Below the pieces are notes generated by a model that saw only the letters and a program-made list of their open reading frames with translations, was not told the DNA's origin and did not search any database. From positions 28,320 to 92,319 of the forward strand of contig CAWERS010000001.1 of assembly GCA_963811625.1 (NCBI GenBank): 64,000 bases of DNA, written 5' to 3'. Shown here one piece after another: positions 42,893 to 53,039 of this stretch. Position 1 is the first letter of the stretch; each line of letters opens with the position of its first letter. A program made the position numbers and the translations under genes. Source of the stretch: an uncultured bacterium. GTDB taxonomy: Bacteria > Actinomycetota > Thermoleophilia > Solirubrobacterales > 70-9.

Positions 42893-44719
42893 CTAGCCTC
42901 CCGGATGGCCCTGGACGATCCGCAGCACCTCGTCGCCGTGGCGGGAGACGAACGCCGGCCCGATGCCGTGGATCGCCGCCAGCTCGCCGACCCCGCCCGG
43001 GCGCGAGGCCGCGATCGCCTCCAAGGTGCGGTTGTGGGCCACCGTGTAGGCCGGCTTGCCGGCGGCCGCATCCAGGCGCCAGGCCCTCAGCGCCTCGAAT
43101 AGGCCCTGATCTCGAGCGGAGAGCTCCGGGGCGGGGGCCGGGGAGCGCCGCCGCGAGCGCGCGGGCCGGATCTCGATCGTCTCGGGGGAGGGCAGCCACT
43201 CGAGCGGGTCGCAGACGTCGCAGCATCGGCCCTCGGGAGCGGCGACCCGCCGGTCGCCGAAGTGGTCGAGCAGGCTGCGGCGGCGGCAGGTCGCGGAGAA
43301 GCTGAAGGCCTCGACCGCACGGTAGGCGCGCCAGCCGCGGTCCTGCGCAACGCGGCAGGCCGCGCGGGCTCGGCCGGCGTCGAGCTTGCCCTGGAGGCTG
43401 ACGCTCAGCCGCCCCCCGGGGGCCGGGTCGATGGTGCAGGCGCCCGCCCGCTCGGCGATCGCAAGCCGGATCCGCTCCTCATCGGAGCGAGGATTCTCGA
43501 TCAGCAGCGACCCATCGGAGTCGGCCGTACGGCGCAGACGTTCAACATAGGCGGCGACCGCCTGCTCGTCCACGTTGCGTTGCCGGATGAACCGCACCAG
43601 GCGGCCCAGATCGGAGCGCCCGGCGAGCAGCACCGCCCGGGCCGGCCGTCCGTCGCGCCCCGCGCGCCCGGCCTCCTGGTAGTACGCCTCGACGCTGGTG
43701 GGGATCGCCCAGTGCCAAACCGAGCGAACATTTGCCTTGTCGACTCCCATGCCGAAGGCGTTGGTGGCGACGATCACCTCGACGTCTCCGGACATGAAGC
43801 CGTGCTGGACGGCGGCACGCTCATCGGGCGCCATGCCCGCGTGGTAGGCGGCGGCGAGCAGGCCGGCCGCGCGCAGCGACTCCGCGACCTCCTCGCTGTC
43901 TCGGCGCGTGCCGCAGTAGACGATCGCCGGCCGGTTCTGGGCATCGCCGAGGCCGTGCTCGAGCAGCCCCAGCTTCCGTGCCTTGGAGCCCTTTCCCTCG
44001 AGGGTGACGATGTCGAAGGAGAGGTTGGGGCGGTCGAAGCCGGAGCGCACAAGCAGCGGGTCGTGTAGGCCCAGGCGGCGCTCGATCTCGCCGGCCACCT
44101 CCGGCGTGGCGGTCGCCGTGCAGGCCAAGACCGCCGGCCGGCCGAGCCGCTCGATCGCCTTCGGCAGCCGCAGGTAGTCAGGGCGAAAGTCGTGTCCCCA
44201 TTCCGAGACGCAGTGCGCCTCGTCGATGGCCATCAAGTCGACCTCGCGGCTGCTTACAGCGTCGAGGAACGCCGTCGAGCCGAAGCGCTCCGGCGAGCAG
44301 TACGCGATCCGCGCCCGGCCATCACGCATCCGCGCGAGGGCCTCGCGGTTTCGCTCCGCGCTCAATCCCGAGGCGACCATCACGGCCGGATGGGACGCCG
44401 CGGTCAGGGCGCGGACTTGGTCGGCCATCAGCGCGATCAGGGGGCTGACCACGATCGTGAGCTTGGGTGAGGCGAGGCCGGGCAGCTGGTAGCAGAGGCT
44501 CTTGCCCCCGCCCGTGGGCATGACGATCAGCGCGTCGCGGCCCTCGAGCGCCGCCTCGACGCCCTCGCGTTGCCCTGGCCGGAAGACCTCATGGCCGACG
44601 TGTGCGAGCAGCGCGTCCGGGTTCCGCGGCCCCTCATAGATTCGTTCGGCGCAGTCGGGCCCCTCAAATCCCTCCAGCCCCTGGAGAGCGAGCGTCGCCT
44701 GTTCCTGTTCGATCGCCAC
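42893..44719 (-). CDS. recQ: ATP-dependent DNA helicase RecQ
   Basis: FRPGQREGV, MPTGGGKSLCYQLP, AIDEAHCVSEWGHDFRPDY, and a C-terminal HRDC-like region. 608 aa. Confidence 0.9.
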   Translation of the reverse strand: MAIEQEQATLALQGLEGFEGPDCAERIYEGPRNPDALLAHVGHEVFRPGQREGVEAALEGRDALIVMPTGGGKSLCYQLPGLASPKLTIVVSPLIALMADQVRALTAASHPAVMVASGLSAERNREALARMRDGRARIAYCSPERFGSTAFLDAVSSREVDLMAIDEAHCVSEWGHDFRPDYLRLPKAIERLGRPAVLACTATATPEVAGEIERRLGLHDPLLVRSGFDRPNLSFDIVTLEGKGSKARKLGLLEHGLGDAQNRPAIVYCGTRRDSEEVAESLRAAGLLAAAYHAGMAPDERAAVQHGFMSGDVEVIVATNAFGMGVDKANVRSVWHWAIPTSVEAYYQEAGRAGRDGRPARAVLLAGRSDLGRLVRFIRQRNVDEQAVAAYVERLRRTADSDGSLLIENPRSDEERIRLAIAERAGACTIDPAPGGRLSVSLQGKLDAGRARAACRVAQDRGWRAYRAVEAFSFSATCRRRSLLDHFGDRRVAAPEGRCCDVCDPLEWLPSPETIEIRPARSRRRSPAPAPELSARDQGLFEALRAWRLDAAAGKPAYTVAHNRTLEAIAASRPGGVGELAAIHGIGPAFVSRHGDEVLRIVQGHPGG

Positions 44720-44805
44720 CTGGCAAGCCTAGGGACCACTTCGGCACGAAACTGGGGGCGCGCGGAACGGTCCCGAATGTCATCACAGACGGGCCGGCGA
44801 GCGGC

Positions 44806-45087
44806 CTAGGAGAAGTGCTCGATCAGCCGCGAGGCGTACCAGTCCGGCCAGGGCTCGTCGGGCGACTCGGCCGCGTAGTCGCGGTCGAGCTTGACCAGCA
44901 TGAAGGTGAGCTCGCTGCGGACGGGCTTTGTGGGCAGCAGGTCGGGGAGCTCGGAGTGCTGGGTGAGCCAGTCCGAGTACCAGGAGGCCCAGTCGTCGTC
45001 GGCGCCGTCGGTGATCCGGAAGACCGTGTGATGGGTCTCGCCGGCCTCGTGGAGGAGGTCAGAGATCTGCTTGGCGTTGTCGTTCAT
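44806..45087 (-). CDS. Hypothetical protein
   Basis: Trimmed to ATG at 45087 (AAGGGGA upstream). 93 aa, Trp/Asp-rich (DDDWASWYSDWL). Confidence 0.6.
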   Translation of the reverse strand: MNDNAKQISDLLHEAGETHHTVFRITDGADDDWASWYSDWLTQHSELPDLLPTKPVRSELTFMLVKLDRDYAAESPDEPWPDWYASRLIEHFS

Positions 45088-45170
45088 CGCGGTTGGTCCC
45101 CTTTCGCCGTGCCGCGTTACGGAGTCTCGCACGCGGGGTCGGCACCGGTGGATCGGGTTGAATTGCCCGG

Positions 45171-45515
45171 ATGGACGCGCTCACCGAGGAGCAGTACTGC
45201 TACCTGACCACGATCGGGCGGGTGAGCGGGGAGCCGCGCGAGATCGAGATCTGGTTCGGGCTCGAGGGCGAGACCCTCTTCATGCTGGCCGAGGGCCGCG
45301 AGCGCTCCAACTGGGTCAGGAACCTGCTGAAGACACCAGAGGTCACGGTGCGGATCGCCGAGCGCAGCTTCGAGGGCCGCGCCAGGGCGGTCGTCGAGCC
45401 CGACGAGGACGCCCGCGCCCGCCGCCTGTTGTTCGAGAAGTACTCGCCCGTCTACTCGGGCGACCTGGCCGAGTGGCGCGACACGGCGCTGGCGATCGCG
45501 GTCGACTTGAGCTGA
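45171..45515 (+). CDS. Deazaflavin (F420)-dependent nitroreductase-like (DUF385/Ddn-like) protein
   Basis: 114 aa. The pattern LTTIGRVSGEPREIEIWF...NWVRNLLKTPEVTV is typical of the family, based on recollection. Confidence 0.55.
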   Translation: MDALTEEQYCYLTTIGRVSGEPREIEIWFGLEGETLFMLAEGRERSNWVRNLLKTPEVTVRIAERSFEGRARAVVEPDEDARARRLLFEKYSPVYSGDLAEWRDTALAIAVDLS

Positions 45516-45542
45516 GGCGCCAACGCGCTAGGGTCCAAATCG

Positions 45543-45998
45543 ATGGCCACCAAGACCAAACCCGCTGCGCCCACCGCGAGCGAGGAGTCCGAGGCTTTCG
45601 TCGAGAAGTTCATCGCGGCCTGGAGCGATCCGACCGTCGAGCGCCTCCAGGAGCTGACGCATGACGAGGTCGTGCTCGAGCAGCCGATGATGCTGCGGAT
45701 GGTGGGCAAGGAGGCGGCGCGGGAGGGGTTCGGGCGCCTGCTCGGCCTGTTCCCCGGGATTCGCGGTGAGGTGTTGCGCTGGAGCGCCGAGGACAGCCTC
45801 GTCCTGATCGAGATGCGGATGACCGTGCCGGCGGGCTCGCGCCCGCTCGAGTGGGACCTGGTCGACCGGATCGAGCTCGAGGGCGGCCTGGTGCGCGAAC
45901 GGATCACCTACATGGACTCGCTGCCGATCGTGCTCGGCGTGCTGACACGCCCCGCGCTGTGGCCTGCGATGGCGCGCCTGTACCTGCCGGGTCGCTGA
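45543..45998 (+). CDS. NTF2-like (SnoaL-like) family protein
   Basis: 151 aa with an NTF2-like layout (FVEKFIAAW...LVDRIELEGGLVRERITYMD). Confidence 0.55.
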   Translation: MATKTKPAAPTASEESEAFVEKFIAAWSDPTVERLQELTHDEVVLEQPMMLRMVGKEAAREGFGRLLGLFPGIRGEVLRWSAEDSLVLIEMRMTVPAGSRPLEWDLVDRIELEGGLVRERITYMDSLPIVLGVLTRPALWPAMARLYLPGR

Positions 45999-46022
45999 CC
46001 GGCAGGGCCATTCCGGGGGTCC

Positions 46023-46301
46023 TCAGGCCGGCTGGTTCTCCTTCGCCCAGCGGGCGATGTCGCCGGAGCCGCTGATCACCTCGCCGTCGTCGAGCACGAG
46101 GATGGGCACGTTCTCCTGGCCGCTGAGGCGCTTGATCTCGTCGCGGCTGCCGCCCTTGCGGGTCCAGGGCAGGAGCCGGTAGCCGGGGACCGTCTTCAGC
46201 TCATAGTCGATGCCCGCCTGATCGAGGGCCTTGCCCGCCTTGCCGCAGGGATGACCGAGACTCCCCTGCTTCGTCTTCTGTCCACACGTGTAGAGAACCA
46301 T
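46023..46301 (-). CDS. Glutaredoxin/GST-N-terminal-like thioredoxin-fold protein
   Basis: 92 aa. The pattern MVLYTC...HPCGKA...VPILVLDDGEVISGS is a Grx-like fold. Confidence 0.6.
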   Translation of the reverse strand: MVLYTCGQKTKQGSLGHPCGKAGKALDQAGIDYELKTVPGYRLLPWTRKGGSRDEIKRLSGQENVPILVLDDGEVISGSGDIARWAKENQPA

Positions 46302-46344
46302 CGCGCCGAACCCTCTCAGATGTGGTGCCCTGTTGCCAGCGCCG

Positions 46345-46992
46345 TCAGCTGATGACTCGATACCGCAGGTGGGTGACCGCCGGCGAGGAGATCACCTGGA
46401 TCGGCTCGAGCTCGACCTGGTCGGCGCCCGGGTCGTCGAACAGCCGCACCCCGTCGCCGATCAGGATCGGCGCGACGTGGATCAGGAGCTCGTCGAGCAG
46501 CCTCGCCTTCAGGTACTGGCGGGCGACGCTGGCGCCGCCGCCGATGGCGACGTTCTTGTCGCCGGCGGCATCCCGGGCCTGGTCGAGCGCGACCTCGATC
46601 CCGTCGGTGACGAAGTGGAAGGTGGTGCCGCCCTTCATCTCAAGCGGCTCGCGGGCGTGGTGGGTGAGGACGTACACCGGCACTCCGAAGGGCGGCTCGT
46701 CTCCCCACCAGCCGTTCGCGTTCGGGTCCTGCTCCCACGGCCCGGACCCGCCGCTGTACATGCGGCGGCCCATGATCACCGCCCCGTTGGCCTCGAACGA
46801 CTCGCGCATGAGGTCGTCGTCAGGCCCCGTCTCCCCACCTGAGCGGCCGTGGCGCTCGTTGAAGGTGCGAAGGTCGTACGCCCACTCGTGGAGCCGTCCG
46901 CCGCCGACCCCCAGCGGGTTCTCGAGGTCGATCGCGGGCCCGGTGGTGCAGCCGTCGAGCGAGATCGTGGTCTCGTAGGTCAGCTTCGGCAT
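46345..46992 (-). CDS. Dihydrofolate reductase family protein (RibD C-terminal domain-like)
   Basis: Trimmed to ATG at 46992 (AGGAGG upstream). MPKLTYETTISLDGC...NVAIGGGASVARQYL. Confidence 0.7.
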   Translation of the reverse strand: MPKLTYETTISLDGCTTGPAIDLENPLGVGGGRLHEWAYDLRTFNERHGRSGGETGPDDDLMRESFEANGAVIMGRRMYSGGSGPWEQDPNANGWWGDEPPFGVPVYVLTHHAREPLEMKGGTTFHFVTDGIEVALDQARDAAGDKNVAIGGGASVARQYLKARLLDELLIHVAPILIGDGVRLFDDPGADQVELEPIQVISSPAVTHLRYRVIS

Positions 46993-47399
46993 CGTCGCTT
47001 GCCTCCTGTCTCGGGTGGTGTGAGAGAGCGTTCGCGGCCCGCAGTGAACAGGACCGCCACCGGCCACGCAACTCATCGCGGGGGTGGATCAACGGAGTCG
47101 GCACGAATTCGGTGCGTTCGGTGCGACACCCGTCACTCGTGGCGACCTACCCTTGGGCAATGCGACGGAATACTCCGAGCCCGCCCCCGGCGAAAGCCCG
47201 CCCGGCGATCACCTCAAGGGGCCGCGACAGGGTCTCGGCTCGATCACGAAGCCGTGACGCTCGTGGCGGGCCTCGTGCGTGAGTCGTATCACCGCGGCTC
47301 CGCGGAGCCGTACGAAGTGATCAACTCGTGACATTCGCCGCGGCCGGGTCGGTCGCCCTGGTGTCCTCGGTGCCCTGATCCAGGGAGTAACTTGACGAC

Positions 47400-47594
47400 A
47401 TGTCGCGGCGAGCAATGGTGATTTCGTGGATCGCCGGCTTCCTTGCCGCTGCACCCTTGATCGTCTTGGGGACCCTCCTCGAATGGCCGGGGATCTCCTT
47501 CATGGGTGCCGTGCTTCTGTTCGGGGTGGTCTTCTTCGCCACGCTTGATCGGATGGAGCGACGCCCGGGCCGGCACTCGCGTCGCTCGATCTAG
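47400..47594 (+). CDS. Hypothetical small membrane protein
   Basis: 64 aa with two hydrophobic helices and a basic C-terminus. Confidence 0.45.
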   Translation: MSRRAMVISWIAGFLAAAPLIVLGTLLEWPGISFMGAVLLFGVVFFATLDRMERRPGRHSRRSI

Positions 47595-47717
47595 CCGCAG
47601 CCCCACGCGCGCCGCGCAGCCGTCGCCCCTTGCAGCGAGCTAGAGTCTCGTGGAGGGGATCAAGGGAATCGGCGGCGGGACGAGGAGCCCGTTCGCGTGA
47701 GGGACGGAGGTGATCCG

Positions 47718-49850
47718 ATGAGCAGACGCAGACCGGTCGTCCGGGTTGCGACCGCCTCCGCCTGCGTCGCCGCGGTCGCCGTGCTGGGAATCTGGCCGGC
47801 GATCGGCTCGGCGGCCTCGCCTCCGGTCGACCTGAGCGCCGCCAACCGCTGCGACTTCATCGGCCAGCAGTCGGGCTCGACCTGCCTGCTCCCGTTCCCC
47901 GACGACTACTACACCGTCCGCGACGACTCGACTCCCACCGGGCGCCGGGTCAACCTGAAGACCGCCGCCATGCCCGCCAACGCGGACGGCGACCACGTCG
48001 GCGCCGCGCCGTACAACGCAAGCGACGGCTTCAGCCCCGGCGAGGCGATCGTGGTCAAGGTCCCCGGGCTCGACACGCCGGCGGCGCTGACCAGCACCGG
48101 CGCGGTTCCGATCGACCACATCGCCCGCTACCGCCGGCGCAGTCAGCCGATCGTCGTGATCGACGCCGAGACCGGCAAGCGGTGGCCGATCTGGGCCGAG
48201 GTCGACTCCAACGCGTCGAGCCCGGCCGGCACCGCGCTGCTGATCAACCCGGCGAAGAACTTCGACTCCGGGCATCGCTACATCGTCGCCCTTCGCAAGC
48301 TGAAGACGGCCGCCGGCCACACGATCAAGGCCCCCGCGGGATTCCGCTACTACCGCGACCGCCTGCCCTCGGGCTCGAAGACCATCAACCGCCGCCGCGC
48401 CCACTTCGAGGGCATCTTCGACACCCTGGCCAAGGCGGGAATCGCCCGCAAGAGCCTCTACCTGGCCTGGGACTTCACCGTCGCCAGCGACCGCAACATC
48501 GCCCGCCGCGCCCTCCACATGCGCGACCACGCCTTCGCCGCCCTGGGCGACACCGATCTCGCCGACCAGACCGTGCAGGGCGACTCGCCGGCCTTCCAGG
48601 TCACCGACGTGCAGGACTTCACCGAGGCCGAGAACTCGCAGGTCGCACGCCGGGTCAAGGGCACGGTGACGGTGCCCTGCTACCTGGAGCCGAGCTGCGC
48701 GACCGGCGGGCAGTTCGCCACCCTCGGGCGCCAACTGCCGAAACGGAACGGCACCTGGGACGCCAACTTCGACTGCATCATCCCGCGCTCCGCGGTCGAG
48801 GGGACGCCGTCGCCGGCGCGGCCCTCGCTCTACGGACACGGGCTCTTCGGCAGCGCCTCCGAGGTCGGATCGGGCGCCCAGCGCGACCTCGCCGACACCT
48901 ACAACTTCGTCCTCTGCGCCACCGACGAGATCGGGATGTCGTCGGGCGACCTGCCGACCGCGTTGGCGATCACGAGCGACGTCAGCAACTTCCCCAAGCT
49001 CGCCGACCGGCTCCAGCAGGGGCTCCTGGACGAGCTCTACCTGGGCCGGACGATGATCCATCCCGACGGCTTCTCCAGCGACCCGGCCTTCCACGTCGAC
49101 GGCACCCTGGGCAGCCCGTCGGTGATCGACACCGACCACCTCTACTACGACGGCAACAGCCAGGGCGGGATCATGGGCGGGGCGCTGACCGCGCTGGCGC
49201 CCGACTTCACCCGGGCCGCCCTGGGCGTCGCCGCGATGCGCTACTCGCTGCTCCTGCCCCGCTCGGTCGACTTCGACCAGTTCTCCTCCGTGCTCTACCC
49301 GAACTACCCGGACCAGCTCTCGCGGCCCCTGATCCTGTCGCTGATCCAGATGCTGTGGGACCGCGGCGAGCCGAACGGCTACGCGCACCGGATGACCGTC
49401 GACCCGCTGCCCGACACCCCGCGGCACAAGGTGCTGATCAACGTCGCCCTGGGCGACCACCAGGTGTCGAACTTCGCCTCCGGCGTCGAAGCGCGGACGA
49501 TCGGCGCCCTCGCCCACGTCCCCGTGCTCGACCCGGGCCGCTGGCCGGGCGTCGGGGTGCTCTCCGGGGTCCCCCGGATCACCCAGTACCCGTTCAAGGG
49601 GCCCGCCTCGATCTTCTACTGGGACATCGGCCCGGTGAGGCCCGATCCGGACAACCCGATGCAGACGATCGGCGTCCCGCCGCCGCCGCTCGAGAACGTG
49701 CCCAACCGGGCGGGGGAGGATCCCCACGGCGCGCCGCGCGGTGCGGCCCAGGCCGAGCAGCTGATCTCCGGTTTCCTGCGGCCGAACGGAGTGATCACCG
49801 ACGTCTGCGGCGGCGAGGCCTGCCGCTCCGGCGGCTGGACGGGACCGTAG
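47718..49850 (+). CDS. Secreted alpha/beta-hydrolase-like protein
   Basis: GGAGG lies 7 nt before the ATG at 47718. Signal peptide present. GHGLFGS and the nucleophile-elbow-like YDGNSQGG. Confidence 0.7.
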   Translation: MSRRRPVVRVATASACVAAVAVLGIWPAIGSAASPPVDLSAANRCDFIGQQSGSTCLLPFPDDYYTVRDDSTPTGRRVNLKTAAMPANADGDHVGAAPYNASDGFSPGEAIVVKVPGLDTPAALTSTGAVPIDHIARYRRRSQPIVVIDAETGKRWPIWAEVDSNASSPAGTALLINPAKNFDSGHRYIVALRKLKTAAGHTIKAPAGFRYYRDRLPSGSKTINRRRAHFEGIFDTLAKAGIARKSLYLAWDFTVASDRNIARRALHMRDHAFAALGDTDLADQTVQGDSPAFQVTDVQDFTEAENSQVARRVKGTVTVPCYLEPSCATGGQFATLGRQLPKRNGTWDANFDCIIPRSAVEGTPSPARPSLYGHGLFGSASEVGSGAQRDLADTYNFVLCATDEIGMSSGDLPTALAITSDVSNFPKLADRLQQGLLDELYLGRTMIHPDGFSSDPAFHVDGTLGSPSVIDTDHLYYDGNSQGGIMGGALTALAPDFTRAALGVAAMRYSLLLPRSVDFDQFSSVLYPNYPDQLSRPLILSLIQMLWDRGEPNGYAHRMTVDPLPDTPRHKVLINVALGDHQVSNFASGVEARTIGALAHVPVLDPGRWPGVGVLSGVPRITQYPFKGPASIFYWDIGPVRPDPDNPMQTIGVPPPPLENVPNRAGEDPHGAPRGAAQAEQLISGFLRPNGVITDVCGGEACRSGGWTGP

Positions 49851-49851
49851 C

Positions 49852-51042
49852 GTGGTGCGCCGGATGCGAAAGATCGCCCTCGCTTCGGCCGCCGCCGCGA
49901 CCCTGGCGCTCGGAGTCGCAGCGCCCGCCGGCGCCGTCGACCCCGGCCGCTGGCTGCTGACCGGGGCAAGTTCGGTTCCCAACACCTACTGGCAGGGGCT
50001 GACCTCGAACCCTGAGCGGTCGCGGCTCTACTTCGTCGGCGTCTTCCAGGGTCTTTGGCGGACCACGCCGAGGCTGCACGAGAACGCCGGGGTCGCGATG
50101 GAGATCCCGAGCTCGGTCACCGCGGACGAGGGCTACAACCACATCGGGGATCCGACCTGGGACCCGGGCGACGGCGGGCGAGTGATCCTGCCGATGGAGT
50201 GCTACACGCCGGGGGTCGGCAACACCTGCGGCCACGGCGCCTTCGGGGTCGCCGACCCGGCGACGCTCGCCTTCCGCTACTACGTCAACCTCGACCCGGC
50301 CGAGATCCCGAAGGCGATGTGGGCCGAGACCTCGCCCGACGGCCAGCTGATCTGGACCTCGAGCGGCAACGACCTGCTCGCCTACCGCTCAAGCGACGTG
50401 ATCGAGCCAAACCAGGGACCGGCGGGCCCGGCGATCCAGGCGGTGCGCCGGCTACGAAACGCGGTCCCGCCGACCGGGGTCACGGGGGCCGTGTTCGGGA
50501 AACGAAGGCTCTTCCTCGCCGGCGAGGCCGGCGGCGTCTACCAGGTTTGGAGCGTCAACACCAAGACCGGCGGGCGCACCCTCCAGCTCGAGATGCGGAT
50601 CTGCGGCGAGTCCGAGGGCCTCGACGTGATCCCGACCCTCGGCGGCTCGCTCCACTGGCTGATCTCACCCTTCGATCCGGGGTGCGAGCTGACCTATGGC
50701 CCCAGCAGCGCTCTGCTCCACTTCGTCCCCAGGCCGCCGAACAAGGTGTTCACGGTCAAGGTCACCGACACCGAGGTCGGGACGCTTCCCGGAAGGGTGC
50801 GGGCGACGATTCGGGCGAAGCGGTCCGGCCAGGCCGTGCGCGACGCCAAGGTGTCGTTCGCCGGCGGCAAGGCCCGCACCAACGCACACGGAGTCGCCAC
50901 CGTCTCGACCCGCCTCGAGCTGCCGGGGCGCTTCCGGGCGCTGGTGCGAAAGCAGCAGGGCTACGGGATCTCGCCGCTGGTCCCGGTCGGGATCGAGCAG
51001 GCGGCCAAGAGCGGCCCGGCGCCGAAGCGGGGAGCCCGCTAG
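49852..51042 (+). CDS. Secreted protein of unknown function
   Basis: Starts 1 nt after the preceding stop. Signal peptide MRKIALASAAAATLALGVAAPAGA. 396 aa. Confidence 0.7.
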   Translation: MVRRMRKIALASAAAATLALGVAAPAGAVDPGRWLLTGASSVPNTYWQGLTSNPERSRLYFVGVFQGLWRTTPRLHENAGVAMEIPSSVTADEGYNHIGDPTWDPGDGGRVILPMECYTPGVGNTCGHGAFGVADPATLAFRYYVNLDPAEIPKAMWAETSPDGQLIWTSSGNDLLAYRSSDVIEPNQGPAGPAIQAVRRLRNAVPPTGVTGAVFGKRRLFLAGEAGGVYQVWSVNTKTGGRTLQLEMRICGESEGLDVIPTLGGSLHWLISPFDPGCELTYGPSSALLHFVPRPPNKVFTVKVTDTEVGTLPGRVRATIRAKRSGQAVRDAKVSFAGGKARTNAHGVATVSTRLELPGRFRALVRKQQGYGISPLVPVGIEQAAKSGPAPKRGAR

Positions 51043-51064
51043 CGATCTGAAAGGATCCGCGCGA

Positions 51065-52135
51065 ATGACCGACTTCCTGGTCAAGCGCGACGATCTGCGC
51101 GACTGCCGGATCGCCGAGTCGGAGCCGCCGGAGGTCGGGCCCGGCGAGGCGCTCCTGCGGGTCGACACCTTCGGCCTCACCGCCAACAACGTCACCTACG
51201 CGGTGATGGGGGAGGCGATGTCCTACTGGAACTTCTTCCCCGCCGAGGACGGCTGGGGCCGGGTGCCGATGTGGGGGTTCGCCGAGGTCGAGCGCTCGGA
51301 GACGGCCGGGGTCGAGCCCGGCACCCGCCTGTACGGCTACCTGCCGCCGTCCTCGCACCTGGTGGTGGCGCCGGCCGACGTCGGCGAGCGCGGCTTCGTC
51401 GACACGCAGCCACACCGGGCCGAGCTTCCCTCCGCCTACCACCGCTATCTGGCCGCGGGCACCGACCCCTTCTACCGGGATGACACCGAGGACATCCAGA
51501 TGCTGCTTCGCCCGCTCTTCTTCACCTCGTTCTTGATCGACGACCAGCTCGCCGACGACGGCCTGATCAGCCGGGGGCCGATCCTGATCTCGAGCGCCTC
51601 CAGCAAGACCGCGATCGCCGCCGCCTTCATGCTCGCCCAGCGCGAGGGGGTGGAGCTGATCGCGCTCACCTCACCGCGGAGCGCCGAGTTCGTCGACGGC
51701 CTCGAGATCTACGACCGCACCGTCACCTACGACGCGATCGGCTCGCTGGAGCCGGGCCCCGCCACCTACGTCGACGTCTCCGGCGACGGCGAGGTCCGCC
51801 GCGCCGTCCACGAGCGCTTCGGCGACCAGCTCGCCCACAGCATGGCGGTCGGGCTCACCCACTGGGAGGAGCTCGGCGCCGGCGGCGAGGGCGAGCTTCC
51901 GGGGCCGACGCCGACCCTGTTCTTCGCCCCCGACCGGGTCGTGAAGCGCTCCGCCGACTGGGGCCAGGCAGGGCTCGAGCAGCGGGTGGCCGAGGCCTGG
52001 CACCCGTTCTGCGAGTGGATCGGCGGCTGGCTCGAGGTCGTCCACGGCCGCGGCTTCGAGGCCGTGGATCGCGCCTACCTCGAGGTGCTCGAGGGCGACG
52101 TGGAGCCGAAGACGGCCCACGTGCTGAAGCTCTGA
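51065..52135 (+). CDS. DUF2855-like (MDR dehydrogenase-like) protein
   Basis: Trimmed to ATG at 51065. 356 aa. The family assignment is from recollection of the FGLTANNVTYA...YWNFFP pattern. Confidence 0.55.
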   Translation: MTDFLVKRDDLRDCRIAESEPPEVGPGEALLRVDTFGLTANNVTYAVMGEAMSYWNFFPAEDGWGRVPMWGFAEVERSETAGVEPGTRLYGYLPPSSHLVVAPADVGERGFVDTQPHRAELPSAYHRYLAAGTDPFYRDDTEDIQMLLRPLFFTSFLIDDQLADDGLISRGPILISSASSKTAIAAAFMLAQREGVELIALTSPRSAEFVDGLEIYDRTVTYDAIGSLEPGPATYVDVSGDGEVRRAVHERFGDQLAHSMAVGLTHWEELGAGGEGELPGPTPTLFFAPDRVVKRSADWGQAGLEQRVAEAWHPFCEWIGGWLEVVHGRGFEAVDRAYLEVLEGDVEPKTAHVLKL

Positions 52136-52145
52136 ATTAGCCGAG

Positions 52146-52517
52146 TCAGCCCGCCTCCATGTTCTTGGTCACCACCTCCATGGTGCGGCCGAGCTCCTCG
52201 CTGGGGCTGAACTCGATCACCTCGGTGCCGGCGTAGAGGATCGGCGTATGGCCGGGACCGACGTAGTACGCGTCGCCCTGCTCGAAGACCTCCTCCTGAT
52301 CTCCGGAGCGAAAGGCGACCTTGCCCTTGACCACGTAGCCCATGTGCTCGCACTGGCACTCGTCGTCGGGCAGCCCCTTGAAGAAGGGGGACAGGTCGGC
52401 GTCCTGCGTGTAGGTCTCAAAGCCGACGCTCCAGCCACCTTCGAAGTGCTCGAAGTGACCTTCGTAGCCTTCGACCGTCTCGTGCTCGGATGCGGTTTCC
52501 TTCGATGCCTTCGGCAC
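52146..52517 (-). CDS. Cupin domain protein
   Basis: 123 aa with a beta-barrel-like GYVVKGKVAF...GDAYYVGPGHTP. Confidence 0.6.
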   Translation of the reverse strand: MPKASKETASEHETVEGYEGHFEHFEGGWSVGFETYTQDADLSPFFKGLPDDECQCEHMGYVVKGKVAFRSGDQEEVFEQGDAYYVGPGHTPILYAGTEVIEFSPSEELGRTMEVVTKNMEAG

Positions 52518-52600
52518 TCTCTACCTCCTGTTCGGGGTCCTGTTCGGGTTTGGTGAACTCTCTCCGCTGTGACGCAGTTGTCAAGCGGACTCGAGGCTCG

Positions 52601-52969
52601 TTACTTCGGGTCGCCGGACTCGATGTGGTGCTCCCGCACGATCCGGCCGTCCCCCAGCTCGAGCATGGCATTGGCGACGACCCTCCGACCACCCGGGAAC
52701 TCGCAGGTGACGGTGGCGGCGGCGCGATCGCCTGACGACACCGCATGCTCAACCGTCGCCCTGACGCCGGCCGCGGCGCAGTGCTCGAACATGCCCTTGA
52801 ACAGCTCCTTGCCGTGCCGAACGCGAGGCGAGCTCGGCGTGTTGTCGCGGTCCACCTGGATCAGCTCGACGTCGTCGGCGTACAGGGCGAGCAGGGCCCC
52901 GATGTCCCACTCCTCGTAGCCGCGGCGAAAGGCTTCGAGATCGAACGACGTGCTGGTCTTGATGGTCAT
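52601..52969 (-). CDS. SnoaL-like/NTF2-like protein
   Basis: Trimmed to ATG at 52969 (GGAGG upstream). 122 aa. Confidence 0.6.
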   Translation of the reverse strand: MTIKTSTSFDLEAFRRGYEEWDIGALLALYADDVELIQVDRDNTPSSPRVRHGKELFKGMFEHCAAAGVRATVEHAVSSGDRAAATVTCEFPGGRRVVANAMLELGDGRIVREHHIESGDPK

Positions 52970-53021
52970 TTCTACCTCCGTGGGTTTGTGTGGATTTGAC
53001 CGTTCGCGGGCTACCATGGCC

Positions 53022-53039
53022 CTTGAACCGTGGTTCAAG
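53022..53039. promoter_or_regulatory. Palindromic candidate MerR operator
   Basis: CTTGAACC-gt-GGTTCAAG has perfect 8-bp arms. It lies in the 88-nt divergent region, 19 nt upstream of the MerR start. Confidence 0.6.
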
